Part shown: one piece after another, positions 17,204 through 26,540 of the stretch
Position numbering within the stretch: position 1 is the first letter of the stretch
Layout: the number at the start of each line of letters is the position of its first letter
Assembly: GCA_964528205.1 (NCBI GenBank)
Contig: CAZGRI010000003.1
Span: 1 to 46,298 of the forward strand
Direction of reading: 5' to 3'
Length of the DNA stretch: 46,298 nt
Source: an uncultured Dehalococcoidia bacterium
GTDB taxonomy: Bacteria > Chloroflexota > Dehalococcoidia > Lucifugimonadales > CAZGRI01
Translations under genes and position numbers: made by a program
The notes under the pieces: model-generated
What the model was told of the DNA's origin: nothing
Database searches by the model: none
The model's input: only the letters and a program-made list of their open reading frames with translations

Positions 17204-17385
17204 TGGCTGTGTGGAGCCTCGTCACCGCCTTCCATCGCGCCCCACCCAACCAGATTCCTCTCTACCGGTCGGAATGACACTGGGTGACCTGTCGATCTAT
17301 TTGACCAAAAACCATCAGTCCGGGGACCAGTAGCCGAACGACTCTCCGAGGTGATTGACGGTCACGCATGCTCGCCGTAGGCTCG

Positions 17386-18072
17386 CTAGCGCAGGGAGTC
17401 CCGCGTGATGACCTCGCCCGACTTGAACTGTCGCCAGGCGCCTTCGACATAGGCGGTTACGGCGCCTGCGCCGACCACTCTCCACTCCCCTTCCCGTCCA
17501 AGACAGCCTGTCTTGCCGTCTATGCCGAGCACCGTCAGCCCGGACGGGGCCGACTCTCGGAGCCCTTCCGCCACCGCCGCTGGGTCGCTACGTTCGTGGT
17601 GCGGCAGCGTCGCGACGCCGGGGGCTAGGCCCAGCGCCTCCGTCCAGCCGCGGAACCTCATCCACGAGCCCAGCACCATCGCCCCTGCCGAGGACCCGGC
17701 CAGCACCACCCCTCGCTTGAGGGCACGGCGCATATGGTCCAGTAGCAACGAGCCCGTCAGCGTTTCCAGGAGGTGAGCCGGATTGCCGCCGGTGAAGTAG
17801 ACGACGTCGGCCGTTTCAACCGGCGAGAGAAGCTCCTCATCGTTGGCGTCCGCAGCATTCAATACCATCAGGGCCGAGGCGTCGAAGCCTAGGTCTGAAA
17901 AGTACGAGACCCCGTTGGAGGCGGCTCTGGACGGGTTCTCGAAAGCCGCGGCTGTCGGTACTACGAGCAGCGCCGGCCTAGGGACGCCTGTCGCCTCCAG
18001 CAAAGCACGGTCCATCTTCTCGCACCCGGGCCTGAACTCGTCCCCGCCCACCAGGGCGATCGCTCCGGCCAT
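17386..18072 (-). CDS. Peptidase S51 / type 1 glutamine amidotransferase-like protein (cyanophycinase/dipeptidase E family)
   Basis: I preferred the start at 18072 (MAGAIALVGGDEF) because GGAGGTG lies 6 nt upstream. Family motifs are VVYFTGGNPAHLL and the nucleophile region LAGSSAGAMVLG. Confidence 0.75.
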   Translation of the reverse strand: MAGAIALVGGDEFRPGCEKMDRALLEATGVPRPALLVVPTAAAFENPSRAASNGVSYFSDLGFDASALMVLNAADANDEELLSPVETADVVYFTGGNPAHLLETLTGSLLLDHMRRALKRGVVLAGSSAGAMVLGSWMRFRGWTEALGLAPGVATLPHHERSDPAAVAEGLRESAPSGLTVLGIDGKTGCLGREGEWRVVGAGAVTAYVEGAWRQFKSGEVITRDSLR

Positions 18073-18120
18073 GCTCGGCACCTCCACTGGCTGACGCCGG
18101 TGAGCATTCTATCAGACCGC

Positions 18121-18191
18121 CCCGTCATTCCGCCGAACAGACAACCGCTCACCGACCAGCACCCGTCATTCCGGCTTTCGCCGGAATCCAG
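18121..18191. repeat. Two tandem copies of a cccgtcattccg element, the second forming the hairpin attccggc-tttc-gccggaat
   Basis: Copies at 18121-18132 and 18162-18191, with the hairpin at 18168-18187. An inverted partial copy (cggaatgac) lies at 17270-17278 on the other side of the S51 gene. Confidence 0.5.
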
Positions 18192-18485
18192 AAGCCTGGC
18201 GAAGTCACCAACGGTTACGACCTGCCCAGACTCATTGGTGTGAGGTCCATGTAGCAGCATCGACGGCAGATAATCACTCAGCGGAAGGCGGATTATGAGA
18301 CGGCAGACGATGGTCCATGAACTGGCCGGCGCGGTGACGAGCATCAGCCGCTGGCTCGGGAGCATAGTCGCGGGACATTCGAATCGAACGCCGCCGCGGA
18401 ATCCCGTCGATCGCCAGCCGACCGCCAGGGAGCTGGGCGAATGGTACCAGCACACGGTCCTCGGACGTTAGTTAGGAGGGACGAA

Positions 18486-18791
18486 ATGACACTGCAGAGC
18501 GGACCCCTGGGAATCGTCGAGGCACAGGGCGGAGTCGCCGAGCTCCCGCGGGAGTTACTGGTGTCGCGGGTGGACGTCGAGATCGCGCGCGCCACCCTTC
18601 AAAAGATGTTCGACGAGGCTGCCGAGTACGGGCTGACCAAAGCAGACGTGGTCAAGGCTGTGCTCCGACCAGCTTTCCAGACGCCGCGAGGCTGCGACTG
18701 CTACGCCTGCACAGCCCGCCGTGCAGCCGAGCAGAGCGAGATCGCCGGTCAGAAAGATACCCGAGCGCGTACGCGCATTGAGAACCGCTAG
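18486..18791 (+). CDS. Hypothetical small protein (101 aa) upstream of MMPL-1
   Basis: The ATG at 18486 is preceded by TAGGAGGGAC. It contains GCDCYACTARR. I recognised no family. It ends 29 nt before the MMPL-1 start. Confidence 0.45.
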   Translation: MTLQSGPLGIVEAQGGVAELPRELLVSRVDVEIARATLQKMFDEAAEYGLTKADVVKAVLRPAFQTPRGCDCYACTARRAAEQSEIAGQKDTRARTRIENR

Positions 18792-18819
18792 ATACCCTCA
18801 GACGAGAAAGGATACGGAG

Positions 18820-21162
18820 ATGTTCGAGATTTTGAGAAGCCGGCGATCACACAACGTAGACCAACGAAAGGCGGACGCCGAGTCCACGCTCGACCCCTCC
18901 GAGCTCTCCTCCACCGGGCGTATCGCCCGCTTCGCCGGGCGTCGGCCGTGGATCACCATCGGAGCCTGGCTGGTGGCGCTCGTCGTCTCGGTCGTGCTGG
19001 TTGGCACGCTGCTCGGGGACTCGCTGACCACGGAAGATTCCATGAAGAACAACCCAGAGTCCTTGCAGGCCCAGAGCCTGCTCGGCGAGAGGCTCGGCCA
19101 CTCCGGTGGAAACGTTACGGACATGGTCGTCGTCCGCTCGCCCAACCAGACGGTCGACGACGTTGGCTACAGGGCCTACGTCGAGGAGCTGCACAGCGAA
19201 CTGACGGGCCTGGGAGACGACGTGGTCGTGGGTGTAGCCCACTACTACGTGACCGAGGACGAGTCCATGGTTTCCGCCGACCGGCGGACCACCATAGTCC
19301 CAGTGGAGCTGGCGGACAAGGAGAAGGTCGACCTGGTTCACGAGGTCGTGGACCGGGCCAACGAAGGTGGGTCCTTCGAGGTCTTCATCACCGGAGAGGC
19401 CACGATGGAGGAGGAGCTCATAGAGATCGCTGAGAAGGACCTTCAGGCCGGCGAGACCATAGGCATCGGAGTGGCGCTGGTCGTTCTGGCCCTGGTGTTC
19501 GGCGCCATCGCCGCAGCTTTGCTCCCCATCGTACTGGCGATAGCCGCCATAGTCGCGGCCCTTGGGGCCACGGCGCTGGTCGGACAGGCCTTTGAGCTCT
19601 CATTCTTCGTGACCAACATGATCACGATGATGGGTCTGGCCGTGGGCATCGACTACTCGCTCTTTATCGTCTCCAGGTACCGGGAGGAGCGCGAGCGCGG
19701 GCTCGGTAAGCTCGACGCCATATCCGTTGCAGGCCCGACGGCGAGCCGCACGGTGATGTTCAGCGGGATGACCGTGGTCCTGGCCCTCACCGGGCTGCTG
19801 ATTCTGCCGGTGTCCACCTTCCAGAGCCTGGGAGCCGGCGCAATTCTGGTTGTCATCGCCGCGGTGCTGGCTTCGATGACCCTGCTGCCCGCCGTGCTAG
19901 GTCTGATGGGCGACAAGGTCAACGCCATACGCATACCCTTCATCCAGCGGCGCAAGACCGGGCAGCCGGCCGGGGCCGGCGGCGGGTTCTGGTACTGGAC
20001 CGCCCGTGCCGTCATGCGCCGGCCTGTGGTCAGCATGCTGGTCGCAGCCGGGCTACTACTGGCCTCCGCAAGCTCGTACATCGACATCAACCTGGGAGAA
20101 GCCGGCGTCAGCGCCCTCCCTGACGGCCTGAGGTCCAAGGAGGCGTTCCTGGTTCTCCAGGAGGAATTCGGGTTCGGGCAGGACCTGCCGGCTGTGGTGG
20201 TCATTGACGGCCAGACCGACTCCGAGTCGGTGCAGGCGGCTATCGAAAATCTCGAAGGGGCCTTGGCATCGGACCCGGCCTTCCTGCCAGGCGACCTGGA
20301 CATATACGCGGAGGCGGACCTCTCAGTGCTCTCAGCAAGGCTGACAGGAGACCCGCTGGGCCAGGAGGCCATGGACGCGCTCACGCGACTGCGAGAGGAC
20401 TATGTCCCGGCGGCGTTTGACGGTGTGCCAGCCAATGCCCTGGTCACCGGTGAGACCGCCGAGATAGCGGACTTCAATCAGACGACCGACACCTATACTC
20501 CCATCGTGTTCGCCTTCGTCCTGGGGCTCAGCTTCCTGCTCCTGACCGTGGCGTTCCGCTCTATCGTGGTGCCGGCAACGTCCATCATCATGAACCTTCT
20601 GTCGGTAGGGGCCGCCTACGGGCTGGTAGTGCTGGTCTTCCAGAAAGGGGTCGGGGCCGACCTGCTGGGCTTCCAGCAGATAGACACGGTCGGCACCTGG
20701 CTCCCGCTGTTCCTGTTCTCCATACTGTTCGGACTGTCCATGGACTACCACGTGTTCCTGCTGAGCCGGATTAGGGAGCGGTTCGACCAGACCGGCGACA
20801 ACGACGAGGCGGTGGCGTTCGGGCTTCGCTCGACGGGCCGGCTGATCACCGGCGCCGCACTGATCATGGTCGCGGTCTTCGGCGGCTTCGCGCTGGGCGA
20901 CCTAGTGATGATGCAGCAGTTCGGCTTCGGCCTGGCGGTGGCGGTCTTCATGGATGCCACCATAGTCCGGTCGGTGCTGGTGCCGTCGGTCATGAAGATA
21001 CTCGGCGACCGCAACTGGTACTTCCCTGGCTGGCTGGAGTGGATACCGAGGGTCGGCCTCGAGGCGAGCCAGCCCTCGACGGCACAGCCGGTCCCGCAGC
21101 CCACGTACGGAATCGTCGTAGACCAGACGGTTCCGGACGCCAGCGGTGCAGGCGACGACTAG
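18820..21162 (+). CDS. MMPL family (RND superfamily) transporter, copy 1
   Basis: 780 aa from the ATG at 18820 (MFEILRSRRS), with RBS AAAGGA. Two 6-TM bundles carry the MMPL signatures GIDYSLFIVSRYREE and GLSMDYHVFLLSRIRE. The track start at 18721 overlaps the upstream ORF and is rejected. Confidence 0.9.
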   Translation: MFEILRSRRSHNVDQRKADAESTLDPSELSSTGRIARFAGRRPWITIGAWLVALVVSVVLVGTLLGDSLTTEDSMKNNPESLQAQSLLGERLGHSGGNVTDMVVVRSPNQTVDDVGYRAYVEELHSELTGLGDDVVVGVAHYYVTEDESMVSADRRTTIVPVELADKEKVDLVHEVVDRANEGGSFEVFITGEATMEEELIEIAEKDLQAGETIGIGVALVVLALVFGAIAAALLPIVLAIAAIVAALGATALVGQAFELSFFVTNMITMMGLAVGIDYSLFIVSRYREERERGLGKLDAISVAGPTASRTVMFSGMTVVLALTGLLILPVSTFQSLGAGAILVVIAAVLASMTLLPAVLGLMGDKVNAIRIPFIQRRKTGQPAGAGGGFWYWTARAVMRRPVVSMLVAAGLLLASASSYIDINLGEAGVSALPDGLRSKEAFLVLQEEFGFGQDLPAVVVIDGQTDSESVQAAIENLEGALASDPAFLPGDLDIYAEADLSVLSARLTGDPLGQEAMDALTRLREDYVPAAFDGVPANALVTGETAEIADFNQTTDTYTPIVFAFVLGLSFLLLTVAFRSIVVPATSIIMNLLSVGAAYGLVVLVFQKGVGADLLGFQQIDTVGTWLPLFLFSILFGLSMDYHVFLLSRIRERFDQTGDNDEAVAFGLRSTGRLITGAALIMVAVFGGFALGDLVMMQQFGFGLAVAVFMDATIVRSVLVPSVMKILGDRNWYFPGWLEWIPRVGLEASQPSTAQPVPQPTYGIVVDQTVPDASGAGDD

Positions 21163-21184
21163 CAGAGACTGACATATCGTTCAG

Positions 21185-21229
21185 AGAGGGCTCCCATCAT
21201 CGCCTCCGATGGGAGCCCTCTTTGTTTTT
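21185..21229 (+). terminator. Rho-independent terminator after MMPL-1
   Basis: 14-bp perfect stem agagggctcccatc / gatgggagccctct with loop atcgcctcc, followed by tttgttttt. Confidence 0.8.
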
Positions 21230-21582
21230 GGCGGCCGGACGGGTTATTCAGACCATCTGCTGTCGCAACGCGCTCGACCGCATCCACCAACGACGACGCG
21301 GGGCCGGCCCGCCAACTGCTTTCGAGATTCCTCCTCTTCGTCATACGGGCAAGGTCGTCAATGTGACGTCCGTGCTACGGCATCCACTAGCTGGCCGAGT
21401 CCCTCGGGTAGAGCGAGTGATCCTCCGAGATGCCGTCCACGAGTACGAGTCCTACATAGGTCTGGTGGATGAGAAGCCGGTCGTCCCATCGTATGCGACG
21501 GAATCCACACTCCAGACGATGCGCAAAACCTGGCCTGCCGAAATAATGAACAGCATCGACAACATGAAGAAAGGACATAGAG

Positions 21583-23914
21583 ATGTTTGAGATGTTGAGA
21601 AGCAGACGATCAGGCGCGGTCGAGCGCAAGGCAAGTGACAGGGAGCCGAACGTCGATACGACGACGCTGGCCTTCACCGGGCGCGTGGCATACTGGAGTG
21701 CTCGCCATCGCTGGTGGGTCGTAGCGGCCTCAGTGTTCGTCCTCGTCATGGCGATGTTCGTTTCCAGCACCGTCGAGACGAAGGAGCTGGACTACGACGG
21801 CGAGGGCGAAGCCGCCGATGCCTCCGATCTGGTCAACGAACGGTTCGACTTCGATACAGCGCCGACCGAGCAGCTCGTCTTCAGCAACCCGTCGCTGGAC
21901 GCCAACAACCCAGCGTACAGGCAAGCTGTCGACGATCTTATTGGACAGCTCAGGGCGTTGCCCGAGGTCGCCTCGGCTGTCTCCTACTACGACACTCAGG
22001 CCGCCGGCATGGTGTCCGAAGACGGGCACGTGGTGCTGGCCAGGGTCGAGATCGATACCTCGACCGGAGATGCCGAAGATAAGATAGGCGTCATCCTGGA
22101 TACAGTGCACGCCGCCAATGCGAGCGCCGATGGTTTCGAGATTGCCATTGCGGGCAACACCTCGCTGATAAGCGAGCTCAGCAGGATCGACGAAGAGGAC
22201 TTCGCCATCATGATCGTTGCGACCATGGTGCTGGCGCTGGTCTTCATGCTGATCGCCTTCCGGGCGGTGGTGGCGGCTGCGATGCCGCTGGTCCTGGCCA
22301 TCGGCTCGATATTCACCGCCATCGGCGTCGCGACGCTGGTCAGTCACGTGTACCCGATGGTCGACTTTCTCGCACAGGTGGTCCTGCTGATGGGCATGGC
22401 GGTGGGCGTCGATTACTCGCTGTTCATTGTCAGCCGGTACCGCAACGAGCGCGCCGCCGGCAGGCCGAAGCTGGAGGCCATCGCGGTGGCCAGCAGCACC
22501 ACCGGCCGGGCGGTATTCTACGCAGGCATCACCGTGGTCCTTTCGCTGGTGGGCCTCTTCCTGACCAACAGCGCGATCTTCATCTCCATGTCAGCCGGCA
22601 TCATCATAGTGGTGCTGCTGGCCTTGCTGGGCTCCCTGACTCTCATACCGGCTCTTCTGGGGATTCTGGGCGACAACATCAACAGGCTGCGTCTGCCCAT
22701 CATCGGACGGGAGACGCAGGGCCCCAGCACTGGGGGCATCTGGGGGGCCATAACCGACAGGGTCCTGGCTCGACCCGGCATCCTTGCCACCGTGACCACC
22801 GCGGCACTCATCGCAGTCGCGGTACCCGTGGTCTCACTTGACATAGGCTTCCCCGGCGGCTCCAAGTCCCTACATGACGCGGTTGAGGGGAAGCGGGCGC
22901 TTCAGCTTCTGGAGGAGCACTTCACAGCCGGACTGACCCAGCCGGCCTATGTCGTCGTAGACGCATCGGATGTGAACTCCCCCGAGGTCCAGGCCTCAGT
23001 AGCGAGGTTAATTGAAGAGGTTGACAGGGATGGCGCTTTCGTTCCGCCCTACGACGTTGAGGTCAGACTCGGCCAGCGACCTCCTCTACGTGCAGGTGCC
23101 CGTTGACGACGACAATCCGGAGGACGTCGTTCGGCACCTCCGCGAAGACATCATCCCAGTGGCGTTCGCCGGAGACAGCACGGCCCAGGTATCGGTCACC
23201 GGACAAGCGGCTGGAAGTCTCGACTTCGCCGAGCAGATGAACAGCACGGCGCCCTACGTGTTCGGCTTCGTGCTGGGACTGGCGTTCCTGCTGTTGCTGG
23301 TGATGTTCCGATCGATAGTGATACCGTTCAAGGCCATCGCTCTCAACCTTCTGTCGGTGGGCGCAGCCTACGGTGTGTTGGTAGCAGTCTTCCAGTTCGG
23401 CTGGGGAATCGGCCTGCTGGGCATGGAGACCACCGGGGTAGTCATGTCCTGGCTGCCGGTGTTCCTCTTCTCCATCCTGTTCGGGTTGTCGATGGACTAC
23501 CACATGCTGGTGCTCAACCGGATCAAGGAGTTCTACGACCAGGGGCTCAGCAACGAGGAGTCGGTCTCCCAGGGCATCAAGGTCACCGCGGGACAGATCA
23601 CCAGCGCGGCGGCCATCATGGTCGGGGTCTTCGGCGCCTTCGCGCTGGGACGCCAGATCGAGCTGAAGCAGATGGGACTGGGCCTGGCCGTGGCTGTCCT
23701 GGTGGACGCCACCATCATAAGGTCCATACTGCTGCCCGCCTCCATGAAGCTGCTGGGCGACCGCAACTGGTACCTGCCCAACTGGCTGGAGTGGCTGCCT
23801 TCGCTGGGCCCGGAGTCCGGCCAGCCCTCGACGCCACAGCCAGTCGCGCAGCCGAATTACGGACTCGCCTCGGGTGAGATTGTTCCGGACGCAAGCGGCG
23901 CCGGCGACGACTAA
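21583..23914 (+). pseudogene. MMPL family transporter, copy 2, interrupted by a single-base frameshift near 23065
   Basis: Track ORFs 21583..23106 and 23012..23914 are the N- and C-terminal parts of one MMPL protein. The two parts are ...VDRDGAFVPPYDVEV | SDSASDLLYVQVPVDDD...VAFAG.... They align colinearly with copy 1 (...DPAFLPGDLDIYAEADLSVLSARL...AAFDG). The joined length of about 777 aa matches copy 1. Confidence 0.8.
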
Positions 23915-23935
23915 CAGAAACTAACCTGGCCTTCA

Positions 23936-23979
23936 AGAGGGCTCCCATCATCGTCTCCGATGGGAGCCCTCTTTGTTTT
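23936..23979 (+). terminator. Rho-independent terminator after MMPL-2, near-identical to the one after MMPL-1
   Basis: Same 14-bp stem agagggctcccatc / gatgggagccctct. The loop atcgtctcc differs by 1 nt. Followed by tttgtttt. Confidence 0.8.
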
Positions 23980-24039
23980 CAGCGGTTTGCCCACACATCG
24001 CGGAATAGCGGGAGGTGGACGAGCGCCGGCCTTGGCTCC

Positions 24040-24175
24040 AGACGCAGAGGCTCAGGCGGATGCCCATGGGCAGGTGGCGTCGCCGGAAGAGGTCGCCGAC
24101 CTGGTCGCGTTCCCCTGCGGCGACGGGTCGTCATACATAGACGACACCGCCTTCCCGTTGACCGGTCGTGACTGA
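24040..24175 (+). pseudogene. Relic of the C-terminus of an SDR oxidoreductase
   Basis: Translation ...GQVASPEEVADLVAFPCGDGSSYIDDTAFPLTGRD* mirrors the canonical SDR tail. Compare [31 protein letters not shown] at 12321..13082. The ITG and DGG motifs are degraded and there is no N-terminal Rossmann part upstream. Confidence 0.5.
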
Positions 24176-24335
24176 ACTCCGGGTTCTTCCCCGAGCCGGA
24201 GTGATGTGTAGCGGACCGGTATTCGGTCAAGCGGGCTCTGGAGCGTAAGGCTTCGCCTCCATCCCGTCGGCAAGCTCCCCGCAGGGACGGAGTCCGATGT
24301 TATTCCTTTTTATGAGTCGGACAGGACAGGCCGAA

Positions 24336-24386
24336 CCTTCCCCCTCAGGGGAAGGTTACTATCCTCTCCCCCGAGTTAGAGAGAGG
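24336..24386. repeat. Two adjacent GC-rich REP-like hairpins
   Basis: ccttcccc-ctca-ggggaagg at 24336-24355 and cctctc...gagagg at 24363-24386, in the gap between the SDR relic and the amidohydrolase gene. Confidence 0.4.
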
Positions 24387-24506
24387 CGCATGGCCTGCCT
24401 GAATCACTCCTTGATCCTTGACCAAACACTAGCCGTTCCGCCGACCAACCCGATTCCGAAAGCGTGATATGATCGGGCCATTCCACTCTGCGATGGAGGC
24501 GCCACC

Positions 24507-25532
24507 ATGCCGTTTGGAGACAACGACTGGCTCGCTTTGACCCAGGAGCCGATCCTGGAGCCCGAGGTCCCCATCTGCGACCCGCACCACCACTTCTGGG
24601 ACCTTCGGCCAGAGCGGGTCCCCTACCAACGGTATCTCCTCCACGAGCTGGCTGACGACATCAACAGCGGCCACAACGTCCGCTCCACCGTGTTCGTCGA
24701 GGCGAGGGCGATGTACAGGGCGGACGGACCCGAGGAGATGCGTTCCGTCGGCGAGGTCGAGTTCGTTCAGGGCCTCGCGGCCGCCAGCGCCAGCGGGCTG
24801 TACGGTCCCGGCCGGGCCGCGGCGGCCATTGTGGGTCACGCCAATCTGAACCTGGGCGAACGCGTCGAGCCGGTGCTGGAGGCGTTACAGGCCGCCAGTC
24901 CCAACCGATTTCGTGGGATACGGCACTCGGTTACGTGGGACCCCCACCCTGAGATCGAGGACACGTCCGCCTACGTGATAGAGGGCCAGCTTTCCAATGA
25001 TAGCTTCCGGGCGGGCGCGAGAGTGCTGGCAGGCATGGGCCTGTCGTTCGAGGCGTGGCTCAACCACCCACAGCTTCCGGAGCTTGCCGACTTCGCCAGG
25101 GCCGTGCCGGACCTGACGATCGTCGTGAACCACATCGGAGGTCTCCTCCGTGTCGGGCCTTACGCCAGCCGGGCCGACGAGGTGCTGGCCGGTTGGAGGA
25201 GCGGCATCGCCGACGCGGCGTCCTGTCCCAACGTCAACATGAAGCTCGGCGGCATCGGTATGCCTCGGACCGGCTTCGACTGGCATACCCGCGACGAGCC
25301 CATCGGATCCGAGGAGCTGGCCAGGTCCATGGCCCCCTTTATGACCTACTGCATCGAGCAGTTTGGCCCCGACCGGTGCATGTTCGAGAGCAACTTCCCC
25401 GTGGACAAAGTGTCCTACTCCTACAACGTGATGTACAACGCCTTCAAGCGCCTGTCCAGGGGATACTCGGCATCCGAGCGCGCCGCTATGTTCCACGACA
25501 CCGCCGTTCGCGTTTACCGGATCGACTTGTAG
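24507..25532 (+). CDS. Amidohydrolase-2 family metal-dependent hydrolase (TIM barrel)
   Basis: 341 aa. N-terminal ICDPHHHFWDL metal motif, VVNHIGG, and a FESNFPVDK tail typical of PF04909-type enzymes. GGAGG RBS. Confidence 0.85.
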   Translation: MPFGDNDWLALTQEPILEPEVPICDPHHHFWDLRPERVPYQRYLLHELADDINSGHNVRSTVFVEARAMYRADGPEEMRSVGEVEFVQGLAAASASGLYGPGRAAAAIVGHANLNLGERVEPVLEALQAASPNRFRGIRHSVTWDPHPEIEDTSAYVIEGQLSNDSFRAGARVLAGMGLSFEAWLNHPQLPELADFARAVPDLTIVVNHIGGLLRVGPYASRADEVLAGWRSGIADAASCPNVNMKLGGIGMPRTGFDWHTRDEPIGSEELARSMAPFMTYCIEQFGPDRCMFESNFPVDKVSYSYNVMYNAFKRLSRGYSASERAAMFHDTAVRVYRIDL

Positions 25533-25546
25533 CAGGAGTTGCGAGA

Positions 25547-26467
25547 GTGGCTGAGTTCGTCGCGTACTTCAACGGCGATTTCGTCCCGTACAGCCAGGTC
25601 TCCATCGACCCGGACGACCTGGCGATAATGGGCGACTCGGTCTTCGATGTCGAGCGCACATTCGATGGCAGGCTATTCCGGCTCGAAGACCACATAGACC
25701 GGCTGTACCGGTCGCTCCGCTACAGCCGCATCGACCCCGGGCTCTCTCCACGGGAGATGATGGATATCTCAGAGGGGGTTGTGAGGCGCAACGAGCCCCT
25801 GCGAAAGCCCGGAAGCGACTTCCTGCTGCGGCAGCTCGTCACCAGGGGGCAGGGTCCGGGCACGCCCCCGACCGTCCTCGTCGCCATCCCGCACCATGGC
25901 ACCGGCGCCATCGATTCGCATATCGACTTCTCGCAGTGGGCCAGGTTCCATAAGACTGGAGCGCCCGTGGTGATCCCATCGGTGAGGAGCTACCATAACA
26001 GCTCTCTGGACCCCAAGGTGAAGCACTATAGCAGGATGAACTTCGCGCTGGCCCGGTTCGAGGCGGCCGACGTGGACCCCGACTCGTTCCCCGTGCTCCT
26101 GGACCAGAGCGGCAACCTCTCGGAGAACATCGCGGCCAACTTCTTTCTGGTGACGGGCGGTGTCATACGGACGCCGAGGGACAGCAACATCCTGCAGGGT
26201 ATCTCGCGCCAGGTCGTCTTCGAGCTGGCGGAGCAGCTCGACATCCCCGCGGTCGAGGAGGACCTGCAGCCCTACGACGCGTACACGGCCGACGAGGCGT
26301 TCCTGACCAACAGCGGCTACCAGCTCCTGCCAGTGGCCTCGATAGACGGCCGCCGGGTCCGGCACGAGGTGCCGGGGCCCATCAGCAACCGGCTGCTGGC
26401 GGCCTGGAGCGAGCTGGTCGGAGTCGACATCGTCGACCAGGCCCTTCGGCAAGCCGGCCTGGGCTAA
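25547..26467 (+). CDS. Class IV (fold type IV) PLP aminotransferase, BCAT/D-amino-acid aminotransferase/ADC lyase family
   Basis: GTG start at 25547, with AGGAG 8 nt upstream. Begins VAEFVAYFNGDFVPYSQVSIDPDDLAIMGDSVFDVERTFDGRLFRLEDHIDRLYRS and continues ...GVIRTPRDSNILQGISR. The track ORF starting at 25055 overlaps the amidohydrolase gene out of frame. Confidence 0.8.
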   Translation: MAEFVAYFNGDFVPYSQVSIDPDDLAIMGDSVFDVERTFDGRLFRLEDHIDRLYRSLRYSRIDPGLSPREMMDISEGVVRRNEPLRKPGSDFLLRQLVTRGQGPGTPPTVLVAIPHHGTGAIDSHIDFSQWARFHKTGAPVVIPSVRSYHNSSLDPKVKHYSRMNFALARFEAADVDPDSFPVLLDQSGNLSENIAANFFLVTGGVIRTPRDSNILQGISRQVVFELAEQLDIPAVEEDLQPYDAYTADEAFLTNSGYQLLPVASIDGRRVRHEVPGPISNRLLAAWSELVGVDIVDQALRQAGLG

Positions 26468-26540
26468 CAGGGCGGTTAGAGTCCCGAGTAGAAGCATCTA
26501 CCACGGGACTGTTCCACCGAACGGGTCCCACGGCTGACCC

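Noticed and set aside
17290-17330. Possible SRP (4.5S) RNA fragment (tcagtccggggaccagtagcc)
   Set aside because: It lacks the conserved GGAA tetraloop and AGCAGC symmetric-loop motifs of SRP domain IV. The resemblance is superficial.
21387-21590. Degenerate paralogue of the small 18486..18791 ORF upstream of MMPL-2
   Set aside because: The only resemblance is STLQTM...AE versus ATLQKM...AE. There is no CxCxxC motif and no convincing start or RBS. This is too weak to support a gene.
23012-23914. Treating the 300-aa ORF as an independent gene
   Set aside because: Its first ~17 codons overlap the upstream MMPL fragment out of frame. The remainder is colinear with the C-terminal half of MMPL-1. 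It is the downstream part of a frameshifted gene.
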